Below, one piece after another: positions 59,176 to 64,000 of a stretch of 64,000 bases of DNA. Each line of letters begins with the position of its first letter. Within the stretch, counting starts at the first letter, position 1. The notes below the pieces were generated by a model. That model was given only the letters and a program-made list of their open reading frames with translations, was not told where the DNA came from and searched no databases. The stretch is from a bacterium (GTDB lineage Bacteria > Joyebacterota > Joyebacteria > Joyebacterales > Joyebacteraceae), in the NCBI GenBank assembly GCA_029990205.1, contig JAPEKQ010000002.1, forward strand, positions 96,845 through 160,844, written 5' to 3'. Made by a program: the position numbers and the translations under genes.

Positions 59176-59886
59176 CTACTCTATGGAGAACTCAAGCCGG
59201 TAGAGCAGGAACTCCGACGCATCGACGATATCGACGTGCCACTCACCCTTCCACTCGTCCAGCACCTGCTTCCGGCTCCAGGTCCTCCAGCGAGCGCTCT
59301 TCACCTCAAGCCCCACCCGTCCCATCTCGCGATCCCCCCAATACCAGACGTGCCAGATGCTGTCGGGGCTGGCCGACCCGGTGATCTCACTGAAGCAGCA
59401 GAGTCGGTTGAGACCATCCTCCTTCGGGAGGAAACTCCTGCCCGCGTCAGTCGGCTCGCTCTCCTCGATGCCTCGGCAGATGTAAGCCCGTGTGACGCTC
59501 AGGCCTGCCGGCGAGGTCCGCTGGAGGTAGGTCTCGTCGAGCGATGGGTCTTCGTAGGACGCCTCGGCGCTCTGCTGGAGCGGGGTAGCGAAGGTCAGGG
59601 CATCCGTATCGCTCGTCGCGCCCGCCATCGTCTGCTCCGGAGCCTCCGTCTCTTCCACGGCGCCACCCGATGCTGCCCCGGCGTCGGTGTCCGCCGGGAT
59701 GTCACCCTCGGTCCCCGACACGACGGGAACCGCTTCCTCGTCACCGCTCTCCACCTCAGCGGCCGCGGTCGTGACAGCGTGCGAGGAGGACTCCTCCTGG
59801 ACTGTCTCGTTCGACCCGCACCCGCCAACGACGAGCACGCATACAGTGAAGAGGACCCCTGTGAGGACCCGTGACGTCCTGGGCAT
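59176..59886 (-). CDS. Hypothetical lipoprotein (Trp-rich C-terminal domain)
   Basis: Lipobox VVGGCGS, an acidic linker, then a C-terminal domain with WHVWYWGD...RWRTWSRKQV...GEWHVDIVD. The ORF track's first 191 aa are artefactual. Confidence 0.45.
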   Translation of the reverse strand: MPRTSRVLTGVLFTVCVLVVGGCGSNETVQEESSSHAVTTAAAEVESGDEEAVPVVSGTEGDIPADTDAGAASGGAVEETEAPEQTMAGATSDTDALTFATPLQQSAEASYEDPSLDETYLQRTSPAGLSVTRAYICRGIEESEPTDAGRSFLPKEDGLNRLCCFSEITGSASPDSIWHVWYWGDREMGRVGLEVKSARWRTWSRKQVLDEWKGEWHVDIVDASEFLLYRLEFSIE

Positions 59887-60034
59887 GTCACTCCCTCCGT
59901 TCGATGGGACGCCCGCCCGAGCTCTCGTCGGCCGTTTGCCTCCGGTGAGTCTGCGATAGATGAGTTGACCCGAGGTCGCAGGCCCCGTCTGGAGAGGACC
60001 GACTGTGGCGGCGCGGTGCTGCAGCAGCATCAGC

Positions 60035-60895
60035 CTATCCCTCGTCCCCTGGTCTGTCAAGCTCCCGTAGAGGCTCCCGCCGGCCTCCCTGCGGGGCCTC
60101 CCGCCGGGGCTCCGGCCCCGCCCCATCCCCGTTTCCGCCCGCGCCATCGGCGTTTTCCAACCTTGCGAGTCTCTCTTCAAGAGCCCCGAGCTGTCTGAGC
60201 ACGGGATCCGGAATCGCGCCGTGAGCCAAAGGCGCATCGATGACACGTCGTCCGGACTCGCGAACGACCCGCCCCGGGACGCCGACGACTGTGCAGTCGT
60301 CCGGTACGGACTGAACCACCACCGAACCGGCTCCGATCCGCACATCGCTGCCGATGGTGATATTCCCGAGCACGCGTGCTCCGCACCCCACGACAACATC
60401 GTTGCCGAGCGTCGGATGCCGCTTCCCGGTCTCCTTCCCTGCGCCGCCGAGCGTGACACCCTGGTAGAGGGTCACGTTGTCACCGATGACGGTCGTCTCG
60501 CCGATCACGACTCCCATGCCGTGATCGATGAAGAACCTGCGGCCGATGACGGCGCCGGGATGGATCTCCACTCCCGTGAAGAACCTCGAGGTCTGAGACA
60601 TCAGACGCGGAAGCAGCGGGACGCCCAGCCGCCAGAGGGCATGGGCGACCCTGTGCGTCGCGACCGCGTGCACGCCCGGGTACGTCAGAAGTACCTCGAA
60701 CGCGCCACCCCAGCCACGCGCCGCAGGATCACGCGCGAGCGCCGCTCTGATGAGGTCGAACATCGCTCCTCCCACCGCCCGGGTCTCCCGGGCACACTGA
60801 ACCGGTACGTAGACCCGCAAGTCCCGTGCCAGAGGTCCCAGGGCAGCCATCTTGACATGCCTCTCGAGGAGGGCTATAGTACCCACGTTCCCCAA
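60035..60895 (-). CDS. cysE: Serine O-acetyltransferase
   Basis: N-terminal SATase helical domain followed by left-handed beta-helix hexapeptide repeats ([44 protein letters not shown]...), with a long Gly/Arg-rich C-terminal extension. Confidence 0.8.
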   Translation of the reverse strand: MGNVGTIALLERHVKMAALGPLARDLRVYVPVQCARETRAVGGAMFDLIRAALARDPAARGWGGAFEVLLTYPGVHAVATHRVAHALWRLGVPLLPRLMSQTSRFFTGVEIHPGAVIGRRFFIDHGMGVVIGETTVIGDNVTLYQGVTLGGAGKETGKRHPTLGNDVVVGCGARVLGNITIGSDVRIGAGSVVVQSVPDDCTVVGVPGRVVRESGRRVIDAPLAHGAIPDPVLRQLGALEERLARLENADGAGGNGDGAGPEPRREAPQGGRREPLRELDRPGDEG

Positions 60896-60973
60896 GCGGC
60901 CTTGCCAAGGGCCGCTTTCTCAGGTCGCCGGGCCGCGCGTCGGACCGGACATCTCCTTGACGAGAGAACTAAC

Positions 60974-62452
60974 ATGAGCGCTACAAGAGTGCGATTCGCG
61001 CCAAGCCCGACCGGCTACCTCCATCTGGGGGGAGCACGGACGGCCCTGTTCAACTGGCTTCTCGCTCGTGGAGCCGGTGGGAAGTATGTCCTGCGCATCG
61101 AGGACACCGACCGGGAACGGTCGACCGATGAGTTCCTCCAGGCGATCCTCGAGGACCACCGCTGGCTCGGACTCGTCTGGGACGAGGGACCCGAGGTCGG
61201 CGGAGACGCGGGCCCGTACTTCCAGTCGGAGCGAACCGGGACCTACGGGCCGCTGCTCGAGAAGATGCTCGAGGAGGGCAAGGCGTACCGGTGCTACTGC
61301 TCGCCGGAGGAGCTGGAGGAGAGACGCAGCGCCGCGGCCGAGGGCGGTCGCGAATGGCGCTACGACCGGCGCTGCCTGTCACTGGGCGACGACGAGCGAG
61401 CCGCCCTCGAGGCGGAAGGTCGCCCGTCGGTCATCCGCTTCCGCGTACCCGATGGGAAGACGCGGTTCGATGACATGGTGCTCGGACCCGTCGAGGTCGA
61501 CCACGCGGAGCTTGATGACCTCGTACTGGCGCGGTCGGACGGTTCGCCTACATACAACTTCGTGGTCGTCGTTGACGACCTCTCGATGGGTGTCACGCAC
61601 GTCGTCCGCGGGAGCGATCACACGTCGAACACACCCAAGCAGATCCTCATCGCGAAGGCGCTCGGGGGGACGCCACCGACGTTCGGACATCTCCCGCTCG
61701 TCCTCGGACCGGACAAGCAGGTGCTCTCGAAGCGCCGCGGAGCCCTCGCCGTCGGCGAATACCGAAGGCAGGGCTATCTTCCGGAGGCGGTCGTCAACTA
61801 CATAGCGCTTCTCGGCTGGTCGTACGATGGCGAGTCGGAGTTCTTCGCGCTCGATGAGCTCATCGAGCGGTTTGACCTCTCGCGCGTCAGCGGGAAGGCC
61901 GCGGCGTTCGACCCGGAGAAGCTCCTCTGGATGAACGCCCAGTGGCTCAAACGTCTCCCGGTGCCCGAGCGGACCGACCGGATGCTCCCGTTCCTCAGGA
62001 GAGCCGGCCTGGTCGGCGAGCAGCTCAGCGACGAGGAGCGGGCGCGGCTGGAGGCCATTGTGGAACTCGTCGACGACCGTGCGAAGACGCTCGCCGACAT
62101 TGTGGAGCAGGCCGGGTACTTCCTGTCCGACGATATCGAGTACGAGGAGAAGGCAGTCAACAAGGTGTTGACGAAGCCGGGTGTCATTACTATAATAGAT
62201 GGTCTGTATACACGGCTGACCGAGGTTCAGGGCTTCGAACCCGGTGCGATTGAGGGCCTGATTCGCAGCTTCGCTGAGGAGCAGGAACTCGGTGTCGGCA
62301 AGGTCGTGCAGCCCATCCGCGTCGCGGTGACAGGCGGAACCGCCAGCCCGGGGATGTTCGAGACTCTGTCTCTCCTCGGTCGCGAGACGGTTCTTGAGCG
62401 ACTGACCAGGGCGCGGAAGATCGCGACCGAGCGGCAGGGCGCTGACAGCTGA
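60974..62452 (+). CDS. gltX: Glutamyl-tRNA synthetase
   Basis: MSATRVRFAPSPTGYLHLGGARTALFN (HIGH-type motif), VLSKRRG (KMSKS-type) and the anticodon-binding domain. The ORF track's N-terminal 250 aa are artefactual read-through. Confidence 0.9.
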   Translation: MSATRVRFAPSPTGYLHLGGARTALFNWLLARGAGGKYVLRIEDTDRERSTDEFLQAILEDHRWLGLVWDEGPEVGGDAGPYFQSERTGTYGPLLEKMLEEGKAYRCYCSPEELEERRSAAAEGGREWRYDRRCLSLGDDERAALEAEGRPSVIRFRVPDGKTRFDDMVLGPVEVDHAELDDLVLARSDGSPTYNFVVVVDDLSMGVTHVVRGSDHTSNTPKQILIAKALGGTPPTFGHLPLVLGPDKQVLSKRRGALAVGEYRRQGYLPEAVVNYIALLGWSYDGESEFFALDELIERFDLSRVSGKAAAFDPEKLLWMNAQWLKRLPVPERTDRMLPFLRRAGLVGEQLSDEERARLEAIVELVDDRAKTLADIVEQAGYFLSDDIEYEEKAVNKVLTKPGVITIIDGLYTRLTEVQGFEPGAIEGLIRSFAEEQELGVGKVVQPIRVAVTGGTASPGMFETLSLLGRETVLERLTRARKIATERQGADS

Positions 62453-62458
62453 ACATGC

Positions 62459-62532
62459 AGGGGAGTCGTCTAGTGGCAGGACAGCGGACTCTGGATCCGC
62501 CGGCGGAGGTTCGACCCCTCCCTCCCCTACCA
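62459..62532 (+). tRNA. tRNA-Gln (anticodon CUG)
   Basis: The cloverleaf was folded by hand: acceptor AGGGGAG/CTCCCCT, D-stem GTCT/GGAC, anticodon stem GCGGA/TCCGC with loop CTCTGGA, T-arm GGAGG-TTCGACC-CCTCC, A73 and an encoded CCA. It starts 7 nt after the gltX stop. Confidence 0.65.
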
Positions 62533-62540
62533 CGACATAA

Positions 62541-62615
62541 GGCGCCATCGTCTAGCGGTTAGGACGCCGGCCTCTCAAGCCGGTAACACGGGTTCGATCC
62601 CCGTTGGCGCTACCA
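62541..62615 (+). tRNA. tRNA-Glu (anticodon CUC)
   Basis: GGCGCCATCGTCTAGCGGTTAGGACGCCGGCCTCTCAAGCCGGTAACACGGGTTCGATCCCCGTTGGCGCTACCA. It closely parallels canonical bacterial tRNA-Glu (TCGTCTAG..GG...AGGAC, CGGTAACA, GGGTTCGA), with anticodon loop CUCUCAA. Confidence 0.8.
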
Positions 62616-62624
62616 CCAGGAGAA

Positions 62625-62658
62625 AGCGGAACGTTCGAAAGAACGCTCCGCTTTTTCT
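62625..62658 (+). terminator. Rho-independent terminator after the gltX-tRNA-tRNA unit
   Basis: agcggaacgttc-gaaa-gaacgctccgct (11 of 12 bp paired) followed by TTTTTCT. Confidence 0.6.
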
Positions 62659-62777
62659 ATGCACCCGGGACGTGGTGCGAACCGTCGACGACGATCTCGG
62701 TCATGTTGATCCCGGGTACAAAGAACGTGGCGGGCGCAGTGCGCCCGCCACGTCATGTGCATCTATGAACGTCGTCG

Positions 62778-63401
62778 CTACTTCTTCTTCCTTCTGACGA
62801 CCTTCTTCTTCGCCGGCTTGCGCTTGGCGACCTTTCTCTTCACGACCTTCTTCTTCACAACCTTCTTCTTCGCAGGCTTGCGCTTCGCGGTCGTCTTCTT
62901 CTTCACGACCTTCTTCTTGCGCACGACCTTCTTCTTCGCAGGCTTGCGCTTCGCGGTCGTCTTCTTCTTCACGACCTTCTTCTTGCGCACAACCTTCTTC
63001 TTCGCGGGCTTGCGCTTGGTCGTCTTCTTCTTCACGACCTTCTTCTTGCGCACAACCTTCTTCTTCGCCGGCTTGCGCTTGGTCGTCTTCTTCTTCACGA
63101 CCTTCTTCTTGGTCGTCTTCTTCTTGACGACCTTCTTCTTCGCGACCTTCTTCTTCGCGACCTTCTTCTTGGTCGTCTTCTTCTTGACGACCTTCTTCTT
63201 CGCGACCTTCTTCTTCGCCGGCTTGCGCTTCGCAGTCGTCTTCTTCTTGACGACCTTCTTCTTCGCAACCTTCTTCTTCGCCGGCTTCTTCTTGGCGACG
63301 GTCTTCTTCTTGACGACCTTCTTCTTCACAACCTTCTTCTTCTTCGGCGCAGCCTTCTTCTTGGCGGGCGCCTTCTTCTTCTTCTTCTTCGTCTCCGCCA
63401 C
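62778..63401 (-). CDS. Lysine-rich (about 40-45% Lys) histone-H1-like repetitive basic protein
   Basis: AAGGAGG-N8-GTG start gives (M)AETKKKKKKAPAKKKAAPKKKKVVKKK..., followed by about 8 tandem copies of a ~20-aa unit KKKTTAKRKPAKKKVVRKKKVV. It runs to a stop at 62778. The plus-strand poly-F ORF is its antisense artefact. Confidence 0.6.
   Translation of the reverse strand: MAETKKKKKKAPAKKKAAPKKKKVVKKKVVKKKTVAKKKPAKKKVAKKKVVKKKTTAKRKPAKKKVAKKKVVKKKTTKKKVAKKKVAKKKVVKKKTTKKKVVKKKTTKRKPAKKKVVRKKKVVKKKTTKRKPAKKKVVRKKKVVKKKTTAKRKPAKKKVVRKKKVVKKKTTAKRKPAKKKVVKKKVVKRKVAKRKPAKKKVVRRKKK
62800..63390. repeat. Coding tandem repeat of about 60 bp, >=8 imperfect copies, within the Lys-rich gene
   Basis: The unit cttcttcttcacgaccttcttcttgcgcacRaccttcttcttcgcSggcttgcgcttSg recurs head-to-tail with point variants and occasional 9-18 bp indels. 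Confidence 0.6.
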
Positions 63402-63763
63402 AGCCTTCACCTCCTTATGTCCCGATCGCGCCCATTCGCGACAGGACTCTGGCCGACCTGGCTTCCCCTCTCGGCGCTCACGGCTCCACCCCGGAGCGGG
63501 CGCCACCAACATCATTGGTCCGCGGCTCGTGCGCGTTCTCGAAGTCGCTCGGTCGCGAACTTCGCACGGGCATCACACGAACACTGTGTTGTGAAAGACC
63601 CCGACGCGCATCGTTCAGCGCGTTCGCGTCACATTTAGAATCCTGCGCGGTGAAGTGTCAAGCGAAAAGTGCACGCGTCGTCGTCGAAACGAACGCGACG
63701 ACTCGTTCCCACTCGCGTTGAGAACACGCAGACACGATCCGCGTTCGCGCGCGACAGGACGGA

Positions 63764-64000
63764 TCACAGCTCGATCGTTTCGCCGTCGAGCGGAACACTC
63801 ACACGCGGGAACCCGTTCTTCGTCAGCAGTCGACCGAACGCGAGTGACGCGTCTTCGTTGCCGTGGACGACGATCGTTCGCTGCGGCGGGCGACGGATGT
63901 TCTTCGCAAACGCGAGCAGCTCATCGCGGTCGGCGTGCGCGCTGAATTCGTTGAAGACCGCGACCCGAGCACGAAGCGGGTACGGCTGACCGAAGATCCG
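63764..64000 (-). CDS. C-terminus of an MBL-fold / beta-CASP-type hydrolase (RNA-processing nuclease-like), N-terminus outside the window
   Basis: The reverse-strand frame reads ...RIFGQPYPLRARVAVFNEFSAHADRDELLAFAKNIRRPPQRTIVVHGNEDASLAFGRLLTKNGFPRVSVPLDGETIEL*, the conserved C-terminal His motif region of beta-CASP nucleases. Confidence 0.5.
   Translation of the reverse strand, partial: RIFGQPYPLRARVAVFNEFSAHADRDELLAFAKNIRRPPQRTIVVHGNEDASLAFGRLLTKNGFPRVSVPLDGETIEL

Noticed and set aside
60221-60973. N-terminal 250-aa extension of gltX in the ORF track
   Set aside because: The conserved GluRS N-terminus (RFAPSPTGYLHLGG) starts at the ATG at 60974. The upstream part is unbroken frame across the divergent cysE promoter region with no homology.
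62800-63390. Possibility that the 60-bp tandem repeat is a CRISPR array or minisatellite outside genes
   Set aside because: The repeats are contiguous with no unique spacers, sit in one open reading frame with a strong RBS, and encode a coherent K-rich periodic protein. No cas genes are nearby.
62755-63594. 279-aa plus-strand poly-Phe ORF (FFFF...)
   Set aside because: It is the antisense reading of AAG/AAA lysine codons of the Lys-rich gene. There is no RBS, and it is nonsensical as a protein.

Overview
This is a very GC-rich (~68-70%) bacterial chromosomal segment that uses the standard genetic code; TGA is an ordinary stop, for example at tmk. Nearly all real genes lie on the minus strand. 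The many long Arg/Glu-rich ORFs on the opposite strand or in overlapping frames are GC artefacts. Start codons were refined manually against Shine-Dalgarno motifs, so coordinates taken from the display may be off by about 1 nt.

Content from left to right:
- 1-21.5 kb, housekeeping block: dusB (partial), ctpA, tmk, myo-inositol-1-phosphate synthase with a CDP-alcohol phosphatidyltransferase (inositol phospholipid pair), an APC permease fused to an EIIA-Ntr domain, rsmI, recJ, stomatin/NfeD, HU, an oversized LptD, ROK kinase, a MalK-like ATPase, accD-folC, PNP, and rimI-tsaB-tsaE.
- 22.0-24.9 kb: a PorX-like response regulator (receiver + PglZ) with its histidine kinase. Together with two proteins carrying a type IX secretion C-terminal sorting domain, this points to a T9SS-bearing (FCB-like) high-GC lineage.
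- 25.1-26.4 kb: serS.
- 26.4-42.7 kb: a polysaccharide locus (WecA-like, epimerase, GT4 x2 including a PEP-CTERM-associated-type sugar transferase, Wzy/ligase-like, Wzz/GumC-like, Wza-like, AlkP-family phosphodiesterase, Wzx, GT2, rfbC, ugd, MBL hydrolase).
- 43.3-47.8 kb: a polytopic membrane-TPR protein, UspA and a DASS transporter.
- 48.0-58.6 kb: a secreted/redox block: an M14 carboxypeptidase with T9SS CTD, a thioredoxin-fold T9SS protein whose CxxC is replaced by an in-frame TGA (candidate selenoprotein, UxxC), its Cys-containing paralog, an OM beta-barrel, two TlpA-like oxidoreductases, an L,D-transpeptidase, thioredoxin and ArsR.
- 59.2-64.0 kb: cysE, gltX followed directly by tRNA-Gln(CUG) and tRNA-Glu(CUC) and a strong terminator, then a roughly 40% lysine, tandemly repeated histone-H1-like protein and a partial MBL/beta-CASP gene.

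No CRISPR arrays, transposases or integrases were seen.
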